Source: Guillardia theta CCMP2712
Taxonomy: Eukaryota; Protista; Cryptophyta
Length of the DNA: 48,595 nt
Reading direction: 5' to 3'
NCBI RefSeq assembly: GCF_000315625.1
Contig: NW_005434499.1
Span: 1-48,595, forward strand
In this document: one piece after another, positions 11,035-23,545 of the stretch
Position numbering within the stretch: the stretch's first letter is position 1
Layout of the letters: the number at the start of each line of letters is the position of its first letter
The notes under the pieces: generated by a model
What the model saw: the letters and a program-made list of their open reading frames with translations, nothing else
Database searches by the model: none
What the model was told of the DNA's origin: nothing
Program-made: the position numbers and the translations under genes

Positions 11035-11704
11035 TCAGCCTGTGTTGGAATGGCTTTCTCTGCAGAAGTCACACCACACAGATGGCGCGGGCATGATCTC
11101 GTCGTCAGTTCGATCAGCAATATGCACAAACCACCGCATCCATTCCCTGTCGAAAGAAGAGCTTCCTTGTGTTGATTGCTGCAGATCTTGATGGCCCCCT
11201 GCTCCCTTGAGGATAGCTGTGCTCCCACTTGTACCTGGTGAAAGTTTGTGATCTGACTCCTTCGCGGACTTGTCACTTGCTCCTTTATCGTCTCCCTCAT
11301 CCTCTTCATCCTGGTTTTGATCTGCTGGCCTTACTCTGGTGGTTGCGGAATCAGGATCGCTGCTCTCCGTCTCTTGGATCTGATTGCTTCCCCCCGATGC
11401 TTGGTTCGGCTTTTCGTAAGGCCATTTCTTGAGCCCCAGTCTTCTGCATACTCCTTTGAAGCATGTCAACGAGATACCCTGTGTAGACAGGACCAGTCAG
11501 ATTCTTCTGCAAAGAGCTCTGCAGCCGATTGCATACCAAAGATCTTGCCGCGCTTGACTGCTTCATTCCGAAGAGCCTCTGAAGGACCTCGAGATCAACC
11601 TCTACCTCATGCTGCTGTCGCTGGTTGACCTCAGCCCTTGGCATGTCTTGCAGTCTTTTTCTCCGTGGATACACCTTGACCTTCTGTACACCTTGATTGT
11701 TCAT
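11035..11704 (-). CDS. RWP-RK domain transcription factor, 2 exons, ~203 aa
   Basis: Exons 11704-11537 and 11478-11035 join in phase 0 to give VDLEVLQRLFGMKQSSAARSL|GISLTCFKGVCRRLGLKKWPY, the RWP-RK consensus. Confidence 0.9.
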
Positions 11705-12159
11705 CGCTGTGTGTCTTGTTCTTGTGACGAAAATTTGATGAGATTGAATGGGAGAACGAGCCTTTGATCTATTTTAGAAGCCGAGGACTGTCACAACCTT
11801 CTGCGTCCCTTTTGGTCACCCCGGTCCTGATAAGAACAAGGGCGGCTAGTAAACGACTTCCTCCCTGCCGCCCTCGGTAAGATCTCAAACCTCACTCGTT
11901 GGCGTCGGTCGGGATTCGTAAATGAGTCACACCTCTAGATTGCAGTCATACGGGGAGTATCCAGAAGGGGGTAGGGGGTAATCCAAGAGTGTTGCAAGGT
12001 GGGGTAAACTTCAGGCTTATGAGGGGTACGGGTTGACAGTTGTAGAGGTGGGGTTGTTTTGCCTTCTTAGACCAAAAGGACGCAAATGAGAATATCTGAA
12101 ATCGCGCATTTTCATGCCATTGAGAGGGTCAAAGAAGATTCTAGTACGTCATTCAAAGA

Positions 12160-13040
12160 CCATGACCGCCATGGCCCCGCCGTGACGCCGTGAGCTCTCG
12201 ACTCGCCGAGTCCGATCGGATCAAGTAATGCCGCTGATGATGCCATGATCACTGTCATCCGCCTCCCGGCCGCCGGGCGGCCCGGAACTTCAAGAACTCC
12301 GCGGCCGCGCGGAACTTCCCCGGGCGGCCCCTGCCGCTGCCACGGTGAGCCCGGGCCGGGGCCGGCCCGGGGGCCCGGCCGCCGCGGCGCGGCAGTGGAG
12401 TGACTTAACAGTCTGAGAGTCAGTGAGTCACGCGGAACTGCCGCCGGGGGAAAGTCACTGCAGTACGGTACCCGGGTAGCACCCGGGTCCTGCGGCCGGG
12501 GCACTGGGCATGATCAACGGTTGCAACCGGGTTGCCAGGACTCCGAGGGCCCATTGACCGACTCGTCACCCGCCGCCGGGCTCGCCGCCCGGCCGGGATG
12601 ATTCGACTCCGACTCTCAGTTCACTCGGCACGTAGGCCCAGTGTAGCCCCGTCAGTGAACGGTTGAAGTTTGAACTTGCGGCCTGGGTCATCATAGGGGC
12701 CGCTGAGTGAGCCTCGGAGACTCTAAACGGTCTCAGATCGGACCGTACTCGGCGAGTCACCGGGTCGGCCCGGCGGCGGGCCGGGCCGCAACTTAAGACG
12801 GTTCACTCGGCCCGGATGGACGGACTCAGGCAGTACGGTACGGTCGGATCCGATCAGAATTGGGCCCGGGCCCTGAGCCTCCGCATGCCGTTCAAGGCAC
12901 TGCCGTGATTGGACGGTGCCGGCCGCGGGCCGGCGGGAGCCGGGCCGGCTTGCGGCTATGCGGCAGCGCCGGCCCCGGCGCCGGACCCGGCCCGACTCGG
13001 GAGTCAGGGCAAGCCGCGCCTTCCGAAGTTCGGAGGACTT
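12160..13040. repeat. GC-rich, palindrome-rich intergenic island 2
   Basis: Same short-word vocabulary as island 1; lies between the divergent RWP-RK and USP genes. Confidence 0.6.
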
Positions 13041-14043
13041 GATGTTTCCTTTCACATTTTCGGCAGTTTATTTCAAATTATCCCCAAAAGATTCGAGAAG
13101 CATTCAGGTTATGAGCGATGAATTAGTTATTTTAAACTTATAAAAATTGTAATGATCATGTACCGCCACAAAGAACTTCTAGACCCCTGATCTGTCACCC
13201 ACCCACATATTAAACTAATTTTGTACCAGAATTCTGTACTTGTACCCCTACTTGTGCCATGTCGATACCAACAACTTGCACCCCCACCCCTTCGTTGTCT
13301 TTATAAAAACTTAATTATAAACTTACGGGGTGCTAACTACATAACCCTACCAATCATGTCAGTCATTCCATTATACCCCAATAATTGATCTCTTAACCAC
13401 CGGTAACGAGGTGCTCATCCACTACCCCTACCCTCGACTTGACATTCGATCGAAGTGGCCCCAGAACAACCCCCGTCATTCTCTCAATTTGGTGGAATTT
13501 GGGTACCATTTCACCCCTGTTTCGTCACCCCTGCAGGTACCCCACCCCTATGAAATTAAAAGTACCCACCTTTTGATAAATCAAAGTACGGGTAATGAAG
13601 CATGTTCTTGGAAAAGTACCCCTCAATTTCGAGCTCTGGTACCCACCCAGCATACGGGTACTATGTGGACCCCCGATTCCGTAGCCCCCTCTGATTCTAG
13701 GCTGCAATGATGCCACGCTACAGGGATGGAGCAGAGGAGGAGGGAAAGGAGTGAGGAGGGACGAGGACAGAGAGTGAAGGGAAGGAACATAGTAGAACGT
13801 GAAGAAACTTGAGACTGAATACTAGACAGAGCCAAAGTAGACAGACAGAGGGGAGGGGGCTCTTGGAAAAATATCTGCCTGGAGGTCATAACTTGGTCAG
13901 ACGCGTACAGGGACTTGTTCTTTGGTATACTCGTCCTGTACCTGGTGGCTCGCATCGGAGGTGAAGTGTAAATAACTTCCATTGAGCGGCAGGCATCAGA
14001 TTGTTTCAACAGCTCCGGACTTGGAGATCATACTGAAGTCGCA

Positions 14044-15456
14044 ATGGAAGTTGCGCCGACAGAGGATTTCGTATCCGATCCCAAACTCCAGACTAAGAGT
14101 AACAGGAAAGTTGCCATATGTCTAGATTGCAATGGAGACAATGATTTGCGAGCGGGAAGGATACACGAACTTTCATGGGCGAGGGACAACGTACTGCAGC
14201 AGAGCGACGAAGTGTGCATTATGCACTCTAGGGCTGCCTGCGACTTCTCGCTTTCAGGGTGGTGGGAGTATGCACGAGGAAGTCGAAGCCGCAATGTCCA
14301 CAACCCAGGAACTTTGCAACTTGATCTTTACAAGAAGTTGTTTGGACGAATCTCCAGTGCACGCGCACTAGAAGAGACTAAGTCAATGGAAGAGCTTGTC
14401 GATGAATTGCGACGGGGGGATTTCTCACTGGCAATCTGCTCAATGGGAAGGTCTCTTCGGCGCCTAGCTCGTTCGATCACCAAGATCTCTGCTGTCCAGG
14501 ACTGCAGCGATGTGAACATTCCAGTGATGGTTCTGAGAAACTGGGGTTCAAACGAGCCCCTCGTCAAGACGACTTGCATGTGCTGCGGGCGCATCGACTA
14601 CTGTGATAGCAACCTGAGGACCTGCGCAGAGTGTTTGACAGCAAGTGATTGCAGCTCAACATTCTCCCGTTGTTCTTCTAACCCCGGGGGTGTCTGCAGG
14701 AAGATTGCTGTGGGTGTGCACGCGTCGGACGAATGTTTCTATGCTTTCCAGTGGGCAGTGGATAACATCTTCCGTAAGGGAGATGAAATTATCTTGATAC
14801 ACGTGAAATGCAACAAGTCTTCGTCAGGTTGTGCTGCTCCGCTGCTCCCGACCTACTGCCATGACAGCGGTGGAGTGCTTCACACATTCGAGCAGTGGTG
14901 TCAGGCCAGAGGGCTCAAGTGCGTCAAGGTGGAGGCTGAGGGCGATCCGGCAAAACAGTTTGTTGCATGGGCCGAGATTCATATGGTCAACCTGGCTGTC
15001 GTTGGTTCACGGGGGATGAGCTGGTTGAAGAGGGCTCTGGGACGGTCTGTCTCATCATACGCCGTGAAATACTGCCACTGTCCAGTCTTGGTAGTTGGTA
15101 GGCCAGATCTAAGAGCGAATAGCAGGAGGATCTCGATCGCCAGCCATGCGATGTCAAGTGAATCCTTTCGCAAGTCATCAGACACAAAGCATGTGCAAGA
15201 AGGGAGCGAGAACGCTGCTATAGCTGTACGGGATGTCGAGATGTTGAACCTGACACGCTTTGAAGTCTCCAACTTCTCATTAGAGGATATTGAAGATGGA
15301 GATTCTAGTGACTCCAGTGAGTTGAATGAGAACAAGGACGTCAGTGACGATGCCGAAGAGAAACAGAAACTTTTTCACGATTTCCATCAAGATTTGAATC
15401 AAGATTTCCATCAAGATCTGAATCAAGCACGGCTACCAGAGTTGCTATCCTCATAA
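14044..15456 (+). CDS. Universal stress protein (USP) family protein with two USP-like domains, apparently intronless, 470 aa
   Basis: RKIAVGVHASDECFYAFQWAVDN...IILIHV and VVGSRGMSWLKRALGRSVSSYAVKYCHCPVLVV; degenerate N-terminal copy RKVAICLD...NIPVMVLR. Confidence 0.85.
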   Translation: MEVAPTEDFVSDPKLQTKSNRKVAICLDCNGDNDLRAGRIHELSWARDNVLQQSDEVCIMHSRAACDFSLSGWWEYARGSRSRNVHNPGTLQLDLYKKLFGRISSARALEETKSMEELVDELRRGDFSLAICSMGRSLRRLARSITKISAVQDCSDVNIPVMVLRNWGSNEPLVKTTCMCCGRIDYCDSNLRTCAECLTASDCSSTFSRCSSNPGGVCRKIAVGVHASDECFYAFQWAVDNIFRKGDEIILIHVKCNKSSSGCAAPLLPTYCHDSGGVLHTFEQWCQARGLKCVKVEAEGDPAKQFVAWAEIHMVNLAVVGSRGMSWLKRALGRSVSSYAVKYCHCPVLVVGRPDLRANSRRISIASHAMSSESFRKSSDTKHVQEGSENAAIAVRDVEMLNLTRFEVSNFSLEDIEDGDSSDSSELNENKDVSDDAEEKQKLFHDFHQDLNQDFHQDLNQARLPELLSS

Positions 15457-15662
15457 CGGGACTGAGATGAATTTACCCGAACGTTGTAAATTTGATATGT
15501 TGGGACCTCTACAGGCTCCACTGTACGACGATGAATAATGGAACAGATTCCAGTTTGAACAGGCTGATAACCGACAGTGTTGTGTTGAATTCGTTTGCCT
15601 AGTTAATTGCTCTAAGATCCTTTATTATGCTTTTGCTTTCAATAAAAGCTACCGACGAGCTG

Positions 15663-17474
15663 CTAGAAGGCTCTGAATGCCCATTCCATGCGAGCAGGAG
15701 TTGGCGAAGAAAGCTGAAGGACAAGTTTCATTACGCGGGTTAAACAAGGGGAGCAAACCTCAACGCCCTCCACAGACACGCGCTTGGAGTGTCTGAAGAA
15801 ACCGTCAAATCTTTATCATCGCATCTCATGCTTGCAGTACAAGGCGATTCCTTCCTGGCTCCACTCAAGTCCTCCATAGAGAGTATCCCCAACGATGCTG
15901 CAAGCCAATGAGGAAGGAGGGGACCCAACGGGGACGAGGAGAAGGGATATCAGAAAGGAAAGGAGGGAGTAGCAAAGAGGAGGAGAGGGAGCAGCAGAGA
16001 ACAAGACAAAGAGCATCGAGGAAGAGACTGAGATGGAGGAGGGAGGGCAGGGAACGAGGAGGGCAGGAGCACAAGGGAAGACAGGGTGGCTCGGTGAGCC
16101 GGGAAGAACAAGCATACGGATGTCCAAGGAAGGCAAAACCGGCACGGATCTGATGCCGCTGACCTCCTCCTACTAGATCGACTTCCACAGCACTAAGGAC
16201 AGGCGCTCGGGTGTATGCTAGGAAGGAGGGAGCAGATAATGTCTGCAGTCTCTTCCAGCTACATCTCCCCAGCTTTCCACGAGGCCCTGGGAGACTTGTA
16301 AGCCTCGAAGCTGCACGCGCAGAAGAGGAGGAGCAGGGAGAGAGAGGAAGAGCGCTACAAGAGCAGGAGGTTGGAGAAGGATGAAGGGGAGGGAGGAGGT
16401 GAGAGAGGGGGAGGCAGAACAAGAGCAGAGGCAGGGAATAAGATTCTGAGATTGAAAGTCGGAGTGGTGGACGTGAGTGAGAGAAAGAGAGTAGAAGAGT
16501 CAGAGATACAACCTCTTTTTTCCGTCACTGAGATCTTTTTGGATCGGTTGTAGCGGCTGTAGAAGTGAAGCTCGAAGGATCCATCTGCTTCGACCTGAGC
16601 ACAAGAAAACCTTCAAATGTGAGCAAATGGGGAAGGGAGAGAAAGGAGAAGGCGAGAGGAAAGAGATCAAGACAACAGACAGTGAGACGAGGAGAGGAGG
16701 AGGGAGAGGAGGAGAAGCTTTTCGTCTGTACCTCTCCCTCAAGGATGGCCCAGTAAGTCTTGAAGATCCTCCCGGACTGGACGCGAGCCAACATTTCTTC
16801 TACTGCCTCCTGTGTCTTGGCTACAACAACACAGCTGCAGCAGGGGGCCCAAGGTAAGCAGGAGCAGCTATTGGCGCACGGAAGGTACCCGGAGGTGACG
16901 AGGTCGAGCCTGTTTGCTAGCCCACCGTCCCTGACGTTTTTGAGATCCTTGGCTGATGAATGACAACCTTGCGGTTGCAAACCGCCTCCCTCCCCCCCCT
17001 CACCGGATAATGTTCTTGAAGCCAGTCTTCTAAGTTCCTCGATTCGCCTTCTGAGGCATCTGCTGCCCCTACCTCTGCCCCTGCTCTGACTTTCCTCGTA
17101 CTGTGCCACATGCTGGGTTTGTCGACGACCATCCAATCAGCTGAACCATAAGCGTCATCAGCATGGCAATCAGATTCAGCAGCAGCAAACATTCGATTCA
17201 TCTCCCTTCATCTCACCGGCTTCAAACAAGACTCTTGGTTTCTGCAGGCTCCCAACGCTGTCATGGTAACCTCTCCATTGTCTCCTTCCGATGCATCTCG
17301 CTCGCTGCGTGACAAGGCTCGTACACCTCTCGAGCATGTGGATGCTTCCCCCTAAGTTTCTCATCGGACTCTCGTCGTTGACCTTGGTACCTGTGTGAAT
17401 CAAAGGATCAAAACTTCTCAACCTATTTTAGCTCCTTTCCCCTCCCTCGACCTCGACCTCGACCTCGACCTCGA

Positions 17475-17521
<47 letters not shown>

Positions 17522-17575
17522 ACCTCGTCCTCGTCCTCGACCTCGTCCTCCCTACCCTCCCGCATCTCTAGTCAT
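15663..17575 (-). CDS. RluA-family RNA pseudouridine synthase, multi-exon
   Basis: VVDKPS, ANRLDLVTSG (catalytic Asp motif), KTYWAILEG, GQRHQIR, IVGDTLYG, and IAL|HS after splicing intron 15840-15793; exact ends approximate. Confidence 0.8.
17445..17550. repeat. (CTCGAC/CTCGTC)n hexamer microsatellite in first intron of the pseudouridine synthase gene
   Basis: Direct array. Confidence 0.9.
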
Positions 17576-17873
17576 GTTCGCCTGCCCTCTCGGTACTCGG
17601 ATTCTGCTGCCTCGGGATTTTTTCTAGTCTCATCTCGGCTTATGTCTGCTGTAGGTCTGAACAAAATTTATAGTAGATTTATAAAATATTCACATTTTGT
17701 TGCCAATTTTATGATAAATTCAGTTTTATGGTACATCTTTTTGTAGTTTAATGTCAATTTGTTTTGATTTTTGTGTTTGTCAGCACTGGAGCTCTTTTCC
17801 CGCGCTCCTCATGCGCTTTGGGGGACTCCAGGACAACACGAAAATGATCTCCTCCCTCCTCCTCCCCGCCAAG

Positions 17874-17874
<1 letters not shown>

Positions 17875-17920
<46 letters not shown>

Positions 17921-18060
17921 TCCCGCTCCTGCTTCCTGCTCCTGCTTCCTGCTCTCGCTTTTCTGCTCCTGCTTCCTGTTGATGCTCTTGCTTCCTGCTT
18001 CCTGCTTCCTGCTCCTGCTCCTGCTCCTGATCTTGCTTCCTGCTCCTGCTCCTGCTTCAG
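17875..18060. repeat. (CTCCTG)n imperfect hexamer microsatellite, intergenic
   Basis: Direct array. Confidence 0.85.
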
Positions 18061-18282
18061 CCCTTCGTCTTCCTCTTCGTCGTTGTCGCCTATACCCTCC
18101 TTTCCTCTCCGATCCCTTCCTCTGCTTCTGTTCTTAGTCATTTGCCAACTTTCAATGTGATTTGTTGGAGCTGGCTTTTGACTTGTTTTTTCAGATTTCG
18201 TTCACAATCTAAGAGTCTTCTATCTCCCGAAGAGGATTGAACTGAAATATCGGCCGCTGATCTCTCGATAGAGCTGAACATC

Positions 18283-21200
18283 ATGGCAGAAACATCCAAG
18301 GCTTCGGTCGGCACAGCAGAACTTGGGTTCCTCCTGGACCCAACAGTGGAGCAGCTTGTATTGGCGCTGCTCAGCAGGATTGATGTGCATTTCTTTGTGG
18401 AAGCAGTGCTGGTGATCGTGATTGGTTACCTGCTCTTTCAGAAGAGATACAAGCCGCTGCAAGGAACCGAGGGCCTCACGGAGGGGGAGATAGATGAACT
18501 TTGCGAGCAGTGGACCCCTGATCCCCTCGTTACCAAGGAGGCCATGGAGAGCGTGGTGAAGAGGTCGGAGAGGGTTGTTACCTCCCACCAGGGCTGCCGC
18601 GTCATCATCAACGGCAAGGAGTCCATCAACTTCGCCTCCTTCGACTTCCTCAACATGCTGAACGAAGAGTCGATCAAGGACGAATGCGAGCAGACGATCA
18701 GGAAGTATGGAGTTGGCTCCTGCGGTCCCCGTGGCTTCTACGGCACCATTGATGTGCACCTGGACCTGGAGAGGGAGCTGGCTGACTTCTACGGGGCGGA
18801 GGGAGGGATCATCTATTCGTATGATGCTGCAACAGCCTCGTCGATTATCCCAGCATTCCTCAAGCGAGGGGACTTGGTCATTCGAGACGAAGCCATCTCG
18901 TACTCTCTGCAGGCGGGTATCGACTTGTCACGAGCCTACGTGAAGGAGTTTCGCCACAACGACATGGCGGACCTGGTGAGCTCATCAAGCTGTTTGATGT
19001 TGCCGTCTATCTCACATCTGTGGATGTTGAAACTTGTGCCTACATGGCTCTCTACCTTCCTTCCTCTCTACCTTTCGTCAGTGTCTGTTCTCAGGTTCTG
19101 ACGCTGGCCTTGCAGGAGAGCATCCTAGAGATTGTCAAGCAAGCTGACGCGAAGAACCAGAAGCCATTGAATCGCAGGTTCATCGTGGTGGAAGGATTAT
19201 ATCAGGTCCACCCGCGACCGCTGCCGTTGCCTCTCTCTCCATCACTCACTCCATGGATCAGAACACAGGAATGATCTGCCCGCTGCAAGAGGTGGTGGAG
19301 CTAGCGAAGCAGTATAAGGTGTGCGGCCCTCCGCCCATGTCGCCGTGGCTGATCGCGCCCTGCAGTTCCGTGTGCTCCTGGACGAGTCGATGGCGTTGGG
19401 AACGTTGGGAGGTGAGGGGCATAGAGGTGACCTGAGGATGGTTGACCTTCTGCGTGCAGAGACCGGCAAAGGATCGCTGGAGCACTGGGGCATCCCAGCA
19501 TCGGATGTAGACCAGATTCATTGCCCTCTCTTCTCCACCTCACCCTCCTCCCCGCAGATAACCATCCGTTGCGGCTCCATGTCAAACTCTCTGGCCTCCA
19601 TTGGAGGCTTCGCCGTGGCAGATGGGCCGATCATTGCACATCAGGTGTGGGAGGATCCCCGTGTCCCCCCTCCCTCCCTCCTCTACATGCTCCTTCCTCC
19701 CTCGTCCCTTTCGCTGCTGTCCCTGCATGATTCATGGCACGGCAGAGACTGTCCAGCACTGGCTACGTGTTCTCCGCGTCTCTTCCTCCATTCAACGCGA
19801 CGGCAGCCATTGCAGCACTGCGGGTGGGTCTTGTCAAGTGACGAGGGGACGTAAGAGAGCGCAAGTGCTCTGTGGATGTTGAAAGCAATTGAGCGAGCAC
19901 GATTTGCAGCATCCTTCTTCTCTTCTTCCTCATAGTTCTTCCCCTCATCCTCTTCATCCTTCTCCCCGTCACTCCTCCCCACTCTTCTATTTCCTTCTTT
20001 CCTCCCCTTCTATCTCCCTCTCACGCTCTGAATCTTCCTCTCCTGCCCCTCAATCAACATCACTTAGCATATCGATGATGCCTGTTCCTCCTGTCTTGTG
20101 CTGCTTGCCTGACTGTCCGCTTTCTTCCGACCCCTCAGATCATCCGGCAAGACAAGGAGAGAATCTCAAAACTGCGCGAAAACTCAACCTTGGCTCATGA
20201 AGTCCTCAGAGACATGACCCTCAACTTGGATAAGGTGACGTCCTCTCCTTCTAGTTTTGTCCTTTCGCTTCCACTGCCCCTTCCCTTGTTCCTTGTATTG
20301 CTCTTGCTCTTGCTCTTGCTCTTGCTCTTCCAAGGAATTTTTTCTCCTCCCTCCCCTCTCTTCTTTCTCTTCATTCTCCCACTCATGTTACTGTTGAACA
20401 GAACGCCTGCGATACCCTGTGGCTCATGGGCGATGAAATTTCTCCAGTCAAGCATCTGCATCTTCAGCAGGGAAAAGGTAGAGAACATTCCCCTCTTGCA
20501 CCTTCGGTTGCTCTCTTCCAACTCCTTTCCTCACATTTCCTCCCCTTCCCTCCTCCCTTGTTGCTCTCCCTCCTTCCTCCCTTGAGATTTCGCAATGCCC
20601 CTCCTTGTTATTCTGCCCCTCCTCCTCTGTACCCCTGGTCGTTCCTCTTATCGCAAACGTCGCCAAGTCTCTTCAACCTCCTCCTCCACATCCCGTTTGT
20701 TCTGACTTGATGAATCAGGAACAAGACAGGCTGACGATGAAACTCTGCAGAAGGTCCTACTCGCTTCTCCTCTTCTTTACTTGCTCCCTGCTCCTTGCTT
20801 CCTCTACCACAACTACTATCCCTTCCTATTCTCACCTTCTATTTGATCCTCTTCTCCTCTCCTTCACATTTCCCTGCCTTTCATCGCAGCGACCTCCCTT
20901 CCTCGCTCTCTCCTCGCATGACTTCGTATCAGATCTGTGACGTCGTTCTCGACGAGTTCAACGTCTCGCTTGTCGTCGCCGACTATTCTCCTCTTCAAAA
21001 GATTGCTCCTCGTCCCTCTATCAGGATCACGGTGCTCCCGCCCCTCCCCTCCCCTCCTCCCTCTTCTCCCTCGCTTCCTCCATCCTCTTCCTCTCCCTCG
21101 GGCTCCCTGAGCTCAGCCTTGTTCTCTGTCACTGCTATCTTGCTTCCTCCTCTCCTCTGCTGTCCTCTTCGTCTTTCATGATCGATCCACCTCGTGCTCT

Positions 21201-21367
21201 TCTATGTTCCTCTCTCTTCGCTCTCAGCCCTCCTCCTCCTCCTCCTCCTTTATTTCTTCTCCTCATTGCACCTTCAGATCAATTCTGCTCAGACTCGGGA
21301 GGATATCGAGAAGTGCGCGGCAGCGATCGGCGAAGCAGCGAGGAAAGTGTTTGCAAGAGCTGCTTAG
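18283..21367 (+). CDS. LCB1: Serine palmitoyltransferase subunit 1 (LCB1/SPT1), about a dozen exons
   Basis: N-terminal TM; LTEGEIDELCEQWTPDPLV; KYGVGSCGPRGFYGTIDVHLDLE; FRHNDMADL; RRFIVVEGLY; GSMSNSLASIGGF (Asn where LCB2 has the PLP Lys); RPSIRIT; stop TAG at 21365-21367. Confidence 0.93.
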
Positions 21368-21639
21368 GAGAAGATTTTCCCCAGTAGAAGTTTTTTCTTC
21401 TCGAGGAGGAGGAGGAGGAGGAGGGAGGAGGAGACAAGACGGCGGCACTTCTTACTTGAAGAATTAACTCTTCTCCCTCATGCCGCTTTCATCGTACGAC
21501 GCTGTTCTCTGCATACATCATCAGTTCTTCCACTCCTCCGTGTTCCCCCACCCCGTGCACCATAACCGCTACCTCCCCACTATCTCCTTCTCCTCCTCCT
21601 CCTCCCCCCAACCCTCCAACCCCATCCTTCTCCTCCTCC

Positions 21640-23478
21640 TCACAAGATCGAGCGTGCCATGGGCATGTCTTCTGGAGTTGTGATCTTGATGTTGGTGTAC
21701 TCGCCAACCTGAGGCATCAACCAGGAATCATCATAGTAGTCAACTGTGTTGCAGGAGGGACAGAGGAGCAGGAGCAGGAGTAGGAGTAGGAGCAGGAGTA
21801 GGAGCAGTAGGAGCAGGGAGAAGGAGAAGGAGAAGCAGGGAGCAGGAGCAGGAGCAGGAGTAGGAGTAGGAGTAGTAGGAGCAGGGAGAAGGAGAAGGAG
21901 AAGCAGGGAGCAGGAGCAGGAGCTCACAGTGATCTTGACAGGAGCAGGAAGCTGCTCTATGATGGAGACATCATCCGTCACGGCAAGGTTGAGCTCCTTC
22001 ACTTTCTTGAATCCTTCGCGGAGAAGAGCAGGTCTTATAATCTGCACAATCGTCTTGACCAGACCTCGTCCTTGTCCTCCCCCGCTTGTCTTTATCCTCG
22101 TCCTCCTCCCTCCCTTGTCCTCGTCCATGTCCCCGTCCCCGTCCTCTACCTCCACCAATCTTCGACTCTCTCCCTTCCTCTGCCTTCCCAAACCTCGCCC
22201 TCCTCTCACTTGCTCCTTCTCCCTCACCTGTGGCGTGTGGATCTCCCACAGCCTCGACCTCTCGATCGTTCGCAACACAAACTTCCCATCCTCACTCTCC
22301 TTCACCTTCAGACCCACCAAGTCAGCTGAGAATCAGCTGGACAAGAGACAAGAAGCAGGCAAGCAGGGGATTGAGGCAGGTGACAAGGAGGTCAAAGATA
22401 GAGCTGTAACAGGAGCAGAGCAAGGAGTAGCAGGAAGAGAATGAGGAGGAGCTTAAGCGGGAGCAAGGGCAAGAAACAGGGATCATGAGCATCAGTAGGG
22501 AGCAGGAGCAGGAAGCAGGAGCAGGGAGCAGGAGAGCAGGAGAGCAGGAGAGCAGGAGCAGCAGGATCATTTCTGACCGTAGCCTTCATGGGAACTGCGA
22601 GGACAGCAGCGCCGTGCTCGAGCGCATCGTTCATACATGAAAGAATCTCCTGCTCGGTCACCAGCGGTCTGGCAGCGTCATGAATGCAGATCAGAGACGT
22701 GTCCAGCGCCGTCTCCTGAAGCCCGTTGAACACAGAGTCCTGGCGCTCCTTTCCTGGCTCCGCAAAGCAGATCCCTGGGAGGAGGGAGGTGAGGGAAACA
22801 AACGGGAAGGGGGAGGGAGAGGAGGGAGAGGAGGGAGAGGAGGGAGAGGAGGGAGAGGAGGGAGAGTAGAAGGGGGTGATAGGAGGAAGAGCAAAGGAGA
22901 GCTCACTGGCATCTTTCTTCGTTACATCAGCAAGAGAATCTCTGTACTCAGGCGCAATGACCTGAGAGTACGTAGGGAGCTCAGGACCCTCCCGCTTCTC
23001 TCCCCTCACCCGTTTCCCTTCCTCCTCCCCCTCCTCCTCCCCCTCCTCCTCCTCCTCTTACGATCACAATCCTTGTCACCCCCTGGATCTTCATGAAAAG
23101 CTCGAGGCTGTGTCGGAGGATCGGCTTTCCTTCGAGCTCCAGGAACTGTTTCGGTCTGTCGGCCTTCATTCGTGACCCCACGCCTCCTGCGAGGAGGATG
23201 ACGGAGACATCGTCGATCGCGCTCTCCTGCTTCTTCCCTGATGCTCGGAGACTGCTGGCTCCTCCTCTTCCCTTCCACTTTCCAACGCTCGGGACTACGA
23301 GACCCGGGCCAGATCCCTTGCGCAGGAAGGCTGGACAGACCCTGGAGGAGGAAGAGGAAGCGAGCTGAACGAAGCTGCTGGGTGAAGAAGGGAGTAAAAA
23401 TGCAGAGCATGTACTGATCGTCATCATCGTCATCATCGTCGTCATCATCATCGTCGTCGTCGGACAACGTAACGCCAT
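21640..23478 (-). CDS. ispD: 2-C-methyl-D-erythritol 4-phosphate cytidylyltransferase, plastid-targeted, multi-exon
   Basis: VILLAGGVGSRMKADRPKQFLEL, GKERQDSVFNGL, IHDAARPLV, LWEIHTPQ, VTDDVSIIE, NIKITTPED; bipartite leader with 'CSAF' boundary. Confidence 0.95.
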
Positions 23479-23545
23479 GGCCGCCGGCCGCTATGACCAC
23501 ATCCCCGCTCATACATGCTTTAGACCGGGCGGGCGCAGTGGGCGC

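Noticed and set aside
15740-15845. Apparent frameshift or premature stop at the 3' end of the pseudouridine synthase
   Set aside because: A GT-AG intron (15840-15793) restores IAL|HSKRV, matching the family's LH motif
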